Origin: Tubulanus polymorphus
Taxonomy: Eukaryota; Animalia; Nemertea
Direction: 5' to 3'
NCBI RefSeq assembly: GCF_964204645.1
Contig: NC_134034.1
Span: 10,676,962 to 10,740,961, forward strand
Length of the DNA stretch: 64,000 nt
Numbering within the stretch: the first letter of the stretch is position 1; every line of letters begins with the position of its first letter. Positions 47,147 to 60,484 of this stretch are shown here, piece after piece. The translations under genes and the position numbers were made by a program. A model generated the notes under the pieces. The model ran no database searches, was not told the DNA's origin, and saw only the letters and a list, made by a program, of their open reading frames with translations.

Positions 47147-47676
47147 ATAATTCCAAAAATCTTGGACGATGTTGGCCACTTTTACGAAAAATCCGGACCA
47201 GCAATTCGAAACCGTTGCCTTTTCGCCCGCAATTGAAAAAGAAAAGATATTCAATAATTTTTGTTTCTCCGATAAACGACAATGGTCTTTCATTTGATCA
47301 GATCGCTCGACTCCAATTAAATATCATCTCGCGAACAAACGGAGAGAGATAACAACTGTGCGGTGGTCGCGCGCGCGCTCGTATCTAAATAATGCACGCC
47401 GCAGCCCGCCATGCACAGACGCACATAAACTATTGTTCTGAACGAATGAAATACGAGTTCGCCGGGATAGATTACCCATCGCAGTCGACGTGCAAAAAAT
47501 TTCGCAAGAAAAAATTTTTGGGAAAAAAACTCAATCTGGTCGTCGTCCGCGGAACGAAAAGAAACAGTCCATTCATTTTTGCCTGGGATAGATATTTTGG
47601 CGATATTTCGACGATATTTCACTTGGTTTTTCTAACACATATACCTCAAATTGGTCAAAAAGACTAGTAAGATACC

Positions 47677-47758
<82 letters not shown>

Positions 47759-47762
47759 TATA

Positions 47763-47797
<35 letters not shown>

Positions 47798-48893
47798 CAT
47801 TACTTAGGTATTCCAAGTGAAGACTATCAGGGTATATAGTTAAAACATAAATAAACTTCATTTTCGATATATATCGAAAGATCCCTCCCTCCCTCAAACC
47901 AAAAACCCATAAAAGAAAATGGTTGAGCCCAAAGCGCGCAGGCGGCAAACATTTGTTTCATCGAAACAGACGAAACATTTTACAAAAAAAGACTTTCTGC
48001 TATCTCACGCCGTGCAGCGATGGTCGCCGATTGGTAATTCGGCCCGTCGATGACGTATCGCGGACATGGGTCGGATGAATAACGTCAGGCGGCGCTCGTC
48101 TCTGGAAAAACATTCTCATCCATTTCAACTTACGGCGTAAACGTCAAAACTTATACGCAACGCTTAAAAAATCAACAACTAGAGAAGACGAGAGTCTATT
48201 GATAGAGAGATATATGATATCTACTTCGCCGGTGTTCTCTTTTGTTTTTTTCACGATAAAGACTACGGATAATTGTCCGTCTGCTTCTAACGATACGGTC
48301 ACGCGATATCTTCGGTTATCTCGTCGGTTATCTCGTTCGTTCGTTCAGTTTTTTCGCGGCGATAAAGACTTCCGATTAATTGCCGAGTTATCATTCTCTA
48401 TTCGCGAAACGACGGATTATGAAATATTACGCCGCGGTTGTTTTTCGAATTGATTCTAGTATCCCCTTTGATCGCGATACCCGCGAGCTCGCGGCGACGA
48501 TCCTTATAATCTAATTTTCATGATGTAGCTACTCAAATGGGTAGCGCGAAAAAGTATCGCCGTCATTTCTGATTAAGAACGATCCCCCCGCCCTACGCTC
48601 CCAATTTCCTGATTGTGCCGTCGCTGCTTTCGTGGTTTCGGATTTCAAATAGCCGCGGTACACGCGTCCATGAAATATTGATTTTTCATCCGTTGTTGCC
48701 GGTCTTTTAGAAGCCCTCGGATTGCGCAAACTAGATAACTTTTTTGAGTTTGCATCGGCTGCGATTAATGCCAACATTTCGACCGGCCATATTTACCGAT
48801 GAATCTTGGAATCGGGATTTTCCACTAACGGACGATTTTTCTTAAATCTAGTTGTTGACTGGTTGTTGCCAATTTAGATTATGTAAACTTTAG

Positions 48894-49226
48894 GACCCAG
48901 TTCCACAGTTCCGAGTTAAGATACGACTCTGGGTTGACTCATTGAAAATGAACTAATTTTAACCCAGAATTAACTGTAACTCACGACTGTGGAACTGGAT
49001 CCAGGACCCAGTTCCACAGTCGTGAGTTAGGATTTGACTCAGAGTTAAAACATCGAAAATGAACTAATTTTAACTCAGAGTTAAACTCTAACTCAGAACT
49101 GTGGAACTGGGTCCAGGATCGGGTTCCACAGTTGTGGGTTAGAGTTAACTCTAAGAGTTAAGATTAGTTCATTTTCGATGTTTTAACTCGGGATCAAATT
49201 TTAACTTACAACTGTGGAACAGGGTC
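48894..49226. mobile_element. Three adjacent Harbinger-like family B MITEs (about 109 bp each)
   Basis: gacccagttccacag...ctgtggaactgg(a/g)tc units separated by CAG at 49002 and 49114. Confidence 0.8.
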
Positions 49227-49756
49227 CTGCTATCTTAAGCACCACTTCAGACCTGTTTCTGTAAAATTAAATCTTAGTTTTACATCATTTGCGACTCGAC
49301 TTTGCGACTGTTCGTTCTTTTATGGATCTTCAATTATCCGAACTCTCTACCGAGGATTCTCTCTAATAACGCCTATAAAACCCGGTGTCGCATCTCACCG
49401 GACCAGTGATGTTTACAAATAAACTGGTCCGTTCCGGGTACAGGATAAATCGGGACGGACTAACAATCGAACGCCACTAAAATATCCAGGGTAGTTGCTC
49501 TGATCTAAGGCCGACTATAAACTCATTTAGTAAATCATGATTTATTCAAGGACACAAAAATACGTGAGGTTCGCGAATGCGCGGGATGAGGTATCGATTC
49601 CTCCATTGTCCTCGCCGCGTGTTTCGGCTTAATGCGGATACTCGCGGGAAATATAGAAATTTGTCATAATTCGAGCGATGCTTATCACAAACACCTTCGG
49701 AAATAAAGCGCGAATATCTCGGGTTTCTATAAACAGCGGAATGAGATTAACAAAGA

Positions 49757-50287
49757 CACAGAGCTGTCGACCATCCCTGATTGTCAGCAACAGTCTCTGA
49801 AAATACTTTACTGTCCCTCCTGACTCACACAGATCTGTCAACCATCCCTGATTATCAGCAACAGTCTCTGAAAATAGTTTACTGTCCCCCCTGACGCACA
49901 CAGAGCTGTCAACCATCCCTGATTATCAGCAACAGTCTCTGAAAATAGTTTACTGTCCCCCCTGACGCACGCAGAGCTGTCAACCATCCCTGATTGTCAG
50001 CAACAGTCTCTGAAAATAGTTTACTGTCCCCCCTGACGCACACAGAGCTGTCAACCATCCCTGATTGTCAGCAACAGTCTCTGAAAATAGTTTACTGTCC
50101 CCCCTGACGCACACAGATCTGTCAACCATTTTTCATTGTCAGCAACAGTCTCTGAAAATAGTTTACTGTCCCCCCTGACGTACACAGAGCTGTCAACCAT
50201 CCCTGATTGTCAGCAACAGTCTCTGAAAATAGTTTACTGTCCCCCCTTGACGCACACAGATCTGTCAACCATTTTTCATTGTCAGCG
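49757..50287. repeat. About 71-bp minisatellite, reverse orientation
   Basis: Reverse complement of the 21494-22366 unit. Confidence 0.9.
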
Positions 50288-50636
50288 ACGATCCTTTCAA
50301 AGTTAATAGTAATCATTAGACTAATGATCAGTTAGAATTTATCGACGCACGTTTTAAAACGCGATGATAAAACTGCGAAGCGCAACGAAGCGCGAACGTA
50401 TACAATACGGGAACGAGATTCAGAAATCGGAATATCGCGTTTCGATGAATTAAAAAGATTCTCGCGTGCCGCGCGCGTCATTAATATGATAAATAACAGT
50501 CAGTAGAGTTAATAGAGCAATGAACTGATGATGCTGCTGCATCTCACGCACGCACACACGCGAGCGAGCGAGCGCGGTGTTTGTTTAATCAGCATGGATA
50601 CGTTTCGAAAAATCAACACAAAACACTAAGTATCTG

Positions 50637-50774
50637 GGGCCCGTTGCACAGTCGTGACTTAAGTCCAAAAGTGGTCTAAAATCTTTAAAATAGTCTTAAA
50701 TTGTTAGATTGGTTGTGGAACGAAGTTGGTCTTAGACTGGTCTTAAGTCTAAGCCGTAACTATGCAACCGGCCC
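50637..50774. mobile_element. Family A MITE
   Basis: CTG|gggcccgttgca...tgcaaccggccc|CTG. Confidence 0.8.
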
Positions 50775-51120
50775 CTGAGTTTGATTTGAATCAATGTTTA
50801 AACCTGGGGGGGTCACAAACCCTCTGAGTTTTCCATATGATTACACAACTGCACTATCCCCCCTCCCCCGCCTCCCAGTGAATCAGGGATATTCCTAGAT
50901 GTTACAGTTCATTCACATTTCATTTCTAGGTTTGAAATGTAAAAGTTCATTCATTTTTCATTGAATCACAAACCGATAAACCACAAACAAAGTCTAAAGC
51001 ATTAAGCGAATTCCCTGACTTTTTCAGTTTTTCGGTAAAATTTGTCAAGTCCCCTGATTTTTCCTCGTGATTTGATAAAATTACCCCTAGGGAGAAATTT
51101 CTAGGTTTGAAATTGACAAT

Positions 51121-51725
51121 ACTAACGACGACCTTCTCATTCTGAATGGTGATTCATTAAAATTATGATTAGTTAGTAACGATGACCTTCTCATTCTGAA
51201 TGGTGATTCATTAAAATAATGATTAGTTAGTAACGACGACCTTCTCATTCTGAATAGTGATTCAGTAAAATTATGATTAGTTAGTAACGACGACCCTCTC
51301 ATTCTGAATGGTGATTCAGTAAAATTATGATTAGTTAGTAACGACGACCTTCTCATTCTGAATAGTGATTCAGTAAAATTATGATTAGTTAGTAACGACG
51401 ACCTTCTCATTCTGAATGGCGATTCAGTAAAATTATGATTAGTTAGTAACGACGACCTTCTCATTCTGAATGGTGATTCAGTAAAATTATGATTAGTTAG
51501 TAACGACGACCTTCTCATTCTGAATGGTGATTCAGTAAAATTATGATTAGTTAGTAAGACGACCTTCTCATTCTGAATGGTGATTCAGTAAAATTATGAT
51601 TAGTTAGTAATGACGACCTTCTCATTCATGATGACTCCAACGATTCAGTAAAATTATGATTAGATAAGAATGAAGACCTTCTCGTTATCAATATATCTTC
51701 AACGACAATTCAGTAAAATTATGAT
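51121..51725. repeat. 54-bp minisatellite, reverse relative of 13663-14210
   Basis: gattcagtaaaattatgattagttagtaacgacgaccttctcattctgaatggt. Confidence 0.9.
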
Positions 51726-52234
51726 GTGTCACACAACGATGTGACGATGGTTTTTTTAAGCTCAATCGATCGTTTCCAGCCATATTGAGACGATTTCGAA
51801 ACTGGAAAAGAAAGTTATTAGATATTGCTACCCGCGGGGGATGGGGGGGGTTGAAGGGGGGGGACAAGGGATGGTAAGAGCTCCAGGGTATGTAATACTG
51901 CACCGATGATATTACTTTCCACACAGGTGTCCACACAAACAAACACAACGTGACAATTTCCCATTTCGTAAAAAAATGAATATGATGAACGCGTTATTGT
52001 TGCGAGGATTTCCATCAAAGATTAGACTTAAATCGAGACACGGAACAAAATGGTCGACATGCGCAGCAGTCAAGGGTAAAATTGAAGGATAATATCTTTG
52101 GTCCATAGAAAATAATATTGTTACTAAGGTTTTGGATTTGTGATAAGATTTTGTTATTTTGTTTACGTATATAAATTAAGGCAACAGAAACTCGTACTGC
52201 CTCAGACGCAACAGATCGAACTTATTAAGACCAG

Positions 52235-52511
52235 GGGCCAGTTGCAGTCGTGACTTAAGTCCAAAAGTGGTCTTAAATCTTAAGACTGGTCTTAAGTTGT
52301 TAGATTGGCTATAGAACTAAGTTGGCCTTAGACTGGTCTTAAGTCTAAGTCATGACTATGGAACTGGCCCCAGGGGCTGGTTCCTTAGATGAGACTTAAG
52401 TCCAAAAATGTTCTTAGATTTTAAGACCGGTCTTAAGTTGTTAGATTGGCAATAGAACTACGATGGTCTTAAATTGGTCTTAAGTCTAAGCCATGACTAT
52501 GGAACTGGGCC
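52235..52511. mobile_element. Two adjacent family A MITEs
   Basis: CAG|MITE|CAG|MITE. Confidence 0.8.
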
Positions 52512-53292
52512 GTGGGCAGCCAATGTTTTAGTCCAAAATCATAAGAATGATCCGAAGTTGTTAAATTGATTTTGGAACAAAAATGAACTTACAATGGTCT
52601 AAGTTGTTAGATTGGTTAAAGAACCAAAATGAGTTTAGACTGGTTTTAAGTTGTTAGATCGGTTATAGAACTAAAATGAGTTTAGGCTGTTAGAGTCTTA
52701 AGTTGTTAGATTGGTAACAAAATGAGCTTAGACTGGTCTCAAGTTGTTAGATTGGGTTATAAAACCAAAATAGCTGAAGACCGGTCTTAAGTTTTTGATA
52801 TTAGTTATAGAACCCGAGATAGAATGATCATAACTCAAGACGTCGTTCAGACTGCGACCAGCCCCCGCCTCTTTTTTAGACGATTCGAACGCGTCTTCAA
52901 ATGGGAAAAATTACGCGTCTCGACTTGCATCAACCGGACTCCGATCGGGATCGTTTTGTTTTTTTTCCCATATTTCTCGGTATAAAAAGCCGGTTACGCA
53001 CCTTGATAATGTCAGATGTGCGCCGCGTCGGCAGACGACATTACCGCCGAACGCGTCATTTTTCCTACCCCCTCCCGGAAACCGGAAGAAAGTTCAACGG
53101 TAATTCATCCGTAATGAACGTCATTTAGATTCTACGCGCGGCACGACGGCAAACAGTCGAACCGGACGTTTAAATAGATTCCTAAATACGCGGTATTTCC
53201 GCGACGACGCGAGCTTAGTAAAAAATGATATACACGAAACTAATTCGAGCGAGCGTAAACATGAAGTCGTTACGACAGTCGGACTGCCACGT

Positions 53293-53457
53293 CGGATCCC
53301 ATCCTTCCCCGGCAGGGATTCGAACCCGACGGCGTCGAGATTGCCTCGGATCCCATCCTTTCCCGGCAGGGATTCGAACCCGACGGCGTCGAGATTGCCT
53401 CGGATCCCATCCTTTCCCGGCAGGGATTCGAACCCGACGGCGTCGAGATTGCCTCGG
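53293..53457 (-). repeat. 54-bp x3 tandem with tRNA B-box
   Basis: Minus strand gggttcgaatccc in each unit. Confidence 0.8.
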
Positions 53458-54365
53458 TAAGAAATCCTGCCACGCACAGGTTCCCTGGATAACTCTACCA
53501 CTAATGTCTGATGAAGTGTTTCATACTATGGGTGGGTTCTACTACTACTAGTCGTAGACCAGTCCTCAAAATGAAATCATTCATTCAACTGTGCACACCT
53601 AGCCCAGTTCCCTGGATAACTCTACCACTAATAGTTTCATACTATGGGTGGGTGTTACTACTACTACTAGTAGGAAGTACAGAGTGATTAGTGATCATCA
53701 GCTAATTAAATACAAACGTGTTGATTATCTCAGTTTGTAAGAAGAAACATGTTTAAGTTGCTGTAACTGGAAGCGCTGAGCAGGTGTTTATATGTCGGGT
53801 TAGATCTAGTTCAGTCGACTGTAAATAGCAGTTTTATCAGTGATAAACACGTTGCCATCCAACGCAACCGAAGAATAGATTCTCACGCTTTATCAAGTAT
53901 TATATAAACGATTATTTCCAGTGGTCGAACTCCTCCCGTATTCTCAGACTCTGAGGCGCTTTCAGTAAGGATTGCGTGCTACTGTTATTTCAATGACCGA
54001 CACCTTTCCTTTCAAGGACTAATGCCCTCTCTTTCGAGGACTTGCGCCTTTTCTTTCGAGGATTGTCATCTTTTCTTTCAAGAACCGATACCCTCTCTTT
54101 CGAGGACTTATACCTTTTCATGTGGACGGAGGAAACCTTGAATTTCAACGAGAAAACCCGACACATTTCGTTTGTCGTTATCAAAATCGAACCGTAAGTT
54201 AATGACGCTGAAAGAAACTGTTGCCGTTGCCGCGATTGAATTTCAATTCTTTCTCCCGTCATCCGAAATCAATTCGGCGTCTGCGCGCGTGGCCGTCTGC
54301 TCAACTTCCCTTCGTCGTCCGTTTGATTGCAAATGGAAAAATTCGCCTTTGATCGCGACGACATG

Positions 54366-54501
<136 letters not shown>

Positions 54502-54975
54502 AACTGATATACTTCAATCAAACAGAGATTAGCGAAGCGTGGCGCTTTGTAACGAAATTATCATCGGTTCCGAGACGATCCGTCTGCCCCCGTCGTCGAT
54601 AACACGTCTCTCCGTTTCTCGGCGTCGTCGCTGGAATAAAAAAAACGTCGCACGCCGTGATTTCATTTCCCGTTTTCCCCCCTCTCTCTCTCGCGCAACC
54701 GAGACAACAGTTCATAACCTAATCACCGCATTGATTAGACGCGTGTTAAAGAAATTCTCGGCGGCGACGGCGCGAAAAAAAAGACTCGTCGTCTGCGGCG
54801 ATCTGATTAGAAGATTAACGACTTAATGCGGTTATTTTTTGTCTGAGGCCGTGATGTTTACATTAGCCGTAAACACGGCAAGGCAAGCAGGCGGTTTAAA
54901 GCCGTGTATGACATCATCACTTTGTGTGCTTTTATCGACCAATATCGTACAGCTTAAGTTTAAAACTGTTTAAAA

Positions 54976-55283
54976 CATGGTTCCCGCAGTTATATGAATT
55001 CAAAATTCCCAATTTTTTTCCAAGTATTTCATGGGTGATTTTTCAATTTTCCCAAATGCAAATGAACAGATATCGTCATGCTACAGTCAACATTTTAGCG
55101 GTGACTGGTTGATAAAGGTAATTTACAAGAGAAATCGCCGAGAAAAGTTGCCCTAGGCAAATGCAATATGCGAAATGTAATGAATTTCCCAAATATTTCC
55201 CTGCTTTTCAATTTTCCAAACCGGGAATTATTACTTCAAAATTCCCGAGTTTTTCCCAATTTCCCTGTTCTGTGCAAACCATG
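54976..55283. mobile_element. CATGG-ended TIR element with 7-bp duplication (P/hAT-like); homologous copy at about 5229-5576
   Basis: tttaaaa|catggttccc...aaaccatg|tttaaaa. Confidence 0.7.
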
Positions 55284-55752
55284 TTTAAAAGCTGTGTATG
55301 ACATCATCGCTTTGTGCGCTTTATCGACCAATATCATGCAACTTAAGTAACTGTTTAAAAAGCTGCGAATGACATCATCGATTTGTGTGCTTTATTGACC
55401 GATATCATACAGCTTAAGTAGCAGCAGCTGTGACATCATCACCTTGAGTGTAGGGTACCAACCAATCATATGTAGTTTGAGTTCACTGTTTGGGATCATT
55501 TTTATGCTCAAAATATGCCTCTTTTCGCGAGAAATTGCCAGTGAAAATATTTCGGTACGGGTCATAAATGACTTCAGTAAACATAGAAAGGTGAATGAAC
55601 AGAGCACCTGACTGTTAACCATTCTCAACACCTGACTGTTAACCATTCTCAACACCTGACCGATGACCAGTCACCACACCTGACTGGTCACCACACGGAT
55701 AACTAGTCAACCGCACTAACCGGACAAACATCTGAGACCAATCAATGACAAT

Positions 55753-55824
55753 GACCCCGTGGCCTAGTTGGTCAGACTCTAGATTTGCAAGCTGGAGACC
55801 CAGGTTCAAGTCCCGGCGTGGCTA
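55753..55824 (+). pseudogene. tRNA-Ala(TGC)-like pseudo-tRNA / tRNA-derived SINE head
   Basis: A box TGGCCTAGTTGG, TTTGCAA loop, B box GGTTCAAGTCCC; mismatches in all four stems. Confidence 0.65.
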
Positions 55825-56019
55825 GGGCTAGGAGGGTTTTCCACCTACATACGGTTGCTGTGAATTATACCATATTCTTTTCCTTTTAAGTAGCTTTTTC
55901 TTTGGAAAAAGTCTCCTTGTAAAGCCTGCCGCCTCTCTGATTCCACTATTCCACTTGCTACAGGCCTACTTGCGAGTTGCTTGGCGAGTTCAAACTAAAA
56001 ATGAAACCCACAATTTGAA

Positions 56020-56525
56020 GAAAAACTAAGAGAGTAGTGACGTTTATCCTCGATTCTATGAGCCATTTTCAAAACTAAGAGAGTAGTGACGTTTATCCTC
56101 AATTCTATGAGCTGTTTTCAAAAACGTTTAGACTCAATTCTATGAGCCATTTTCAAAACTAAGAGAGTAGTGACGTTTAGACTCAATTCTACGAGACATT
56201 TTCAAAAACTAAGACAGTAGTGACGTTTAGACTCAATTCTATGAGCCATTTTCAAAACTAAGAGAGTAGTGACGTTTAGACTCAATTCTATGAGCCATTT
56301 TCAAAAACTAAGACAGTAGTGACGTTTAGACTCAATTCTATGAGCCATTTTCAAAACTAAGACAGTAGTGACGTTTAGACTCAATTCTATGAGCCATTTT
56401 CAAAAACTAAGATATTAGTGACGTTTAGACTCAATTCTATGAGCCATTTTCAAAACTAAGACAGTAGTGACGTTTAGACTCAATTCTATGAGCCATTTTC
56501 AAAAACTAAGACAGTAGTGACGATT
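56020..56525. repeat. 49-bp minisatellite, reverse orientation
   Basis: Reverse complement of the 15838-16865 unit. Confidence 0.9.
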
Positions 56526-58864
56526 AGAGCAATTTTTGAATTGAACCAATCTAATTCGCTCTAAGGTTTCTTCATAATCAAGGGTTTTTCCTCAAAAGAA
56601 TCCTAGATGGTGCGTTCAGAGAGTCGCGCGAACGACATAGTCGTTTCGCGAGCTCATTGACGGCTGACAACTAACGAACCCGTTGATCCCGGATTATCTT
56701 CGCAGATAATCAGTTACGGTTCGCAGTGAACCCTCGGCCGAACGAACGAATGACCGACCCTCGAGATTTTAGCAGCGGACGGGACGAGCTATCGCCGTAT
56801 CCACATCTGTACTATTCACATACGGAGGGCGGCGCTGGCGATCCACGAGATGACCGCAATACGAAAACGGCTATAAAAACGAACCGCAGATCGATGCGAG
56901 GATCGGCGGCTCGTTCAGGAAATCATACGATTGATAAATTGCCGAAGAAACTTCGGGTTCGATAAAAGGATGAACGTCGTCGATAAATCAAGTGTCGTTC
57001 CGCGGCGGTGTATCAATCATAAACGTATTCGGATATATAGATATAGATCGAGATAGAGCTCGCCTACAGAAAGTTTCCATATTTCTTTGCGCGAAAAACG
57101 AAATCCTCGCGCGATAAAAACGACGGCGGCGTCGTCGGCACCGGCGATCTGTCATTGTTGTTGTTAGAAACGGTGGCGGTCGCGGCCTCGAGATCGTTAA
57201 ACAACGGAAATCAAGAATGAATCAATCAAATAATGATTTCGACGTTTACCGAGATAAAAATATGAATTTGTTTAACCTTCTCATCTTTCCTCTCTTCTCT
57301 CCTCTCTCTTCTTTCCTCTCTTCTCTCCTCTCTCTTCTTTCCTCTGTTCTCACCTCTCTTCTCTACTCTCCCCTTCTATCCCCTCTCATTCTTTCTCTTC
57401 TTCCTCCCTTCATCCCTCTCCCTCCCTCCCCCTCTTCTTTCTCTTCTCTTCTCTCCTCTTCCTTCTCTCTTTCCCTCACTCTCCCAACTATCTCTTCCAC
57501 CCTACCCCCTCTCTCCATCCCGTCCTCTTTCCCTCCCACTCTTAACTATTTCTCCTCTCTCCCTACCTGCCCTCTTTCCCTCCCTCTCCCTCTCCCTGCC
57601 CTCTTTCCCTCCCTCTCTCCCCCTACCACCCCTCTGTCCCTCCCCCTCTCCCCTACCACCCCTCTGTCCCTCCCCCTCTCCCCCTACCACCCTCTTTCCC
57701 TCTCTCCCTCCCGTCTTCTTTCCCTCTCTTAACTAACCCTCCTCTCTCCCTACCTGCCCTCTTCCCCCCTCTCAACTAATATCTCTTCCTCCCTATCCGC
57801 CTACCACCCCTCTGTCCCTCCCTCTCTCTCCCTACCACCCTCTTTCCCTCCCTCCCTCTCTTTAACTATCCCTCCTCTCTTCCCCTCTCAACTATCTCTT
57901 CCTCCCTCTCTCCCTACCACCCCTCTCTCCCTCTCCCGCTCTCTCCTCAAACAATCCATCATATACCCATAACAGTCTGAATAATCCACCACTATTCATC
58001 AAACGGCGCTTGCGTGTGAAATAAAAATGAAGCCGCCAGAAAAATCGGACATTCGCGTCGACCGAATGCATCCGTAAAAACCGATCGAAAATGGACGTCG
58101 CAATAATTCATAGCCCTTTCCGATGGTCGCAATAATTCATAGCGCTTTCCGACGGTCAGCATCTTTCGGAATAATATTTGTTTCAGATATGATAATCCAT
58201 CGCGCAGGTTGACCACTCTCGAGATGTATCGTGACTCGTCAGATTATACGGTTCCCGAGTAATAATCCCCACCGGCGGAGCGACATGCGTAGTTCATAAA
58301 GGTCGATTATTCAGGACGTATATGTAAGCATTTTATCGCGTGTGATCCCGGTAGCGTTTAATAGATCCCCCTCCTACAGTACCCCCCCCCCTCGTACCAG
58401 AACGAAGGCATAGCCATTCACCCATTTACAAATCCCTAATTTTCAATGTGACTCCCCCTGAGTGAATTAGAGAAATTTCTAGGTTTAAAATTTTACAATT
58501 CATTTTCTATTGAATCGCGTATTTAAAAAGAAACACGTGGTCAATAGCATTATCCGAATTCCACCAAGTTTTCCAGGTTTTCGGTAAAATTTGTCAAATT
58601 CCACGAATTTTTTCAGATGAAAACCGACAACGTATAACGAATTAAAAGAATTTCAAGATCGAGAATTCATTTCATGAAAAGATCTGAACAGGATGAGAAC
58701 AGGATGAGAACAGGAGATGAGAACAGGACGTTTCGATCTCGCGCTCGAGATCATCGCCGGATCGTTTAAGTCAGGTCAGGTCTGGCGACGATCTCTCGCG
58801 TGACGTCGTAACACCCCGTTTCAAAGATCTTTTCATAAAGTGAATTCTCGATTTTAAAATTTAA

Positions 58865-59152
58865 CCCTTTCAGTGCGTCTACACCGCAGTGCGGTGTATA
58901 AATCAGTGATGGATTTTGCTAGTACACCGCACTGCGGTGTATTGATGTAATTAGTAATTTGTAATTATCTCTATTGAAAAATGGCAGCAAGTGTCAAACA
59001 TAGTGAAATACTAGTAACTTACGATACACCGCACTGCGGTGTAGACGCACTATAGTGGTATTTCCATTGTTCAACACACTAGGGTGGAATTTTTTAGAAT
59101 TATCAAATTTTCTCCAGCACTATCGGCTATTAATTAGTCAGCACAGAAAGGG
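58865..59152. mobile_element. piggyBac-like MITE
   Basis: TTAA duplications, same family; interrupts a pLTR-like sequence. Confidence 0.85.
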
Positions 59153-59894
59153 TTAAACGAAGCGGGTTTTCATCTTATAATCCATGCACCACGTTTCAGT
59201 GCGGTTATTCTACAATCCATGAGCTTCGTCGATACTTTTCTGATGCCATTAGTTTACGATAAGGATTTTATTTACACTCCAACCATTTCTCTATGGTACA
59301 CGGAGGGAGACTTATACAAAGTATACAATATTTACAATTAACAGAAAGTATAATAAACGTGTCTTGATAAAATATAACAACAAAGTTATTAACAATATAT
59401 ACATACACTATTTACAACAAACTCATTATTGGAAGGATCGATATACATCTAAGCCATTTTTAATGAATTTTGCAAGGTTAGTTTTCCAGGTCGGTGGCGC
59501 CACCGTGAGAGGGGTTTAATTTTGTAGTTCCGCGGTCGTCGTCGTCGGTTAAGCTTGATACTCGCGTTCGACCCGAATATCTACCTACGGCTGAATTCGA
59601 AATTAAAACGCGTCGAGATTCCAAACGCGATCCGAGATTCGAGGATGAAATTCGTATGAAATGAAGATCATACGCTCAATATTCACGTTTTATCTATAAT
59701 GAAAATCAGGTTTTCGCGCCGCGCGTCGCGGAGAATTCGAAATTGATCTCAGTGAGACAATTACTTCATTCTTAATTGCGTAATGTTGTGATAATCGATT
59801 AGCACGTATCCACAATCCACCGCAATCAAATTAACACATTCTATATTTTAACGATTTACGACGTTCCTTTTTAGATCACGTGTCAAGACCTTCC

Positions 59895-60484
59895 TTAGTT
59901 CTATAACTAATCTAACAACTTTAAGACCAGTCTAAATTCATTTTGGTTCTATAGCCAATCTAACATCTTAAAACCAGCCTAAACTCATTTTGGTTCTATA
60001 ACCAATCTTACAACTTATGACTAGTCTAAATTCATGTTGGTTCTATAACCAATCTAACAGCTTTAGACTAATCTAAATTCATTTTGGTTCTATAACCAAT
60101 CTAACAGCTTAAGACTAATCTAAATTCACTTTGGTTCTATAACCAATCTAACAACTTATGACCATTCTAAACTCATTTTGGTTCTATAACCAATCTAACA
60201 ACTTAAAGACCAATCTAAATTCATTTTGGTTCTATAACCAATCTAACATCTTAAAACCAGCCTAAACTCATTTTGGTTCTATAACCAATCTAACAACTTA
60301 AGACCAGTCTAAACTCATTTTGGTTCTATAACCAATCTAACTAACATCTTAAAACCAGTCTAAACTCATTTTGGTTCTATAACCAATCTAACAACTTAAG
60401 ACTAATCTAAATTCATTTTGGTTCTGTAAGCCAATTTAACAACTTCAGACCAGTCTAAACTCATTTTGGTTTTACAATCTAACA
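59895..60484. repeat. 47-bp minisatellite
   Basis: ttttggttctataaccaatctaacaacttaagaccagtctaaactca. Confidence 0.9.

Noticed and set aside
55753-55824. Functional tRNA-Ala gene
   Set aside because: Mismatches in acceptor, D, anticodon and T stems.
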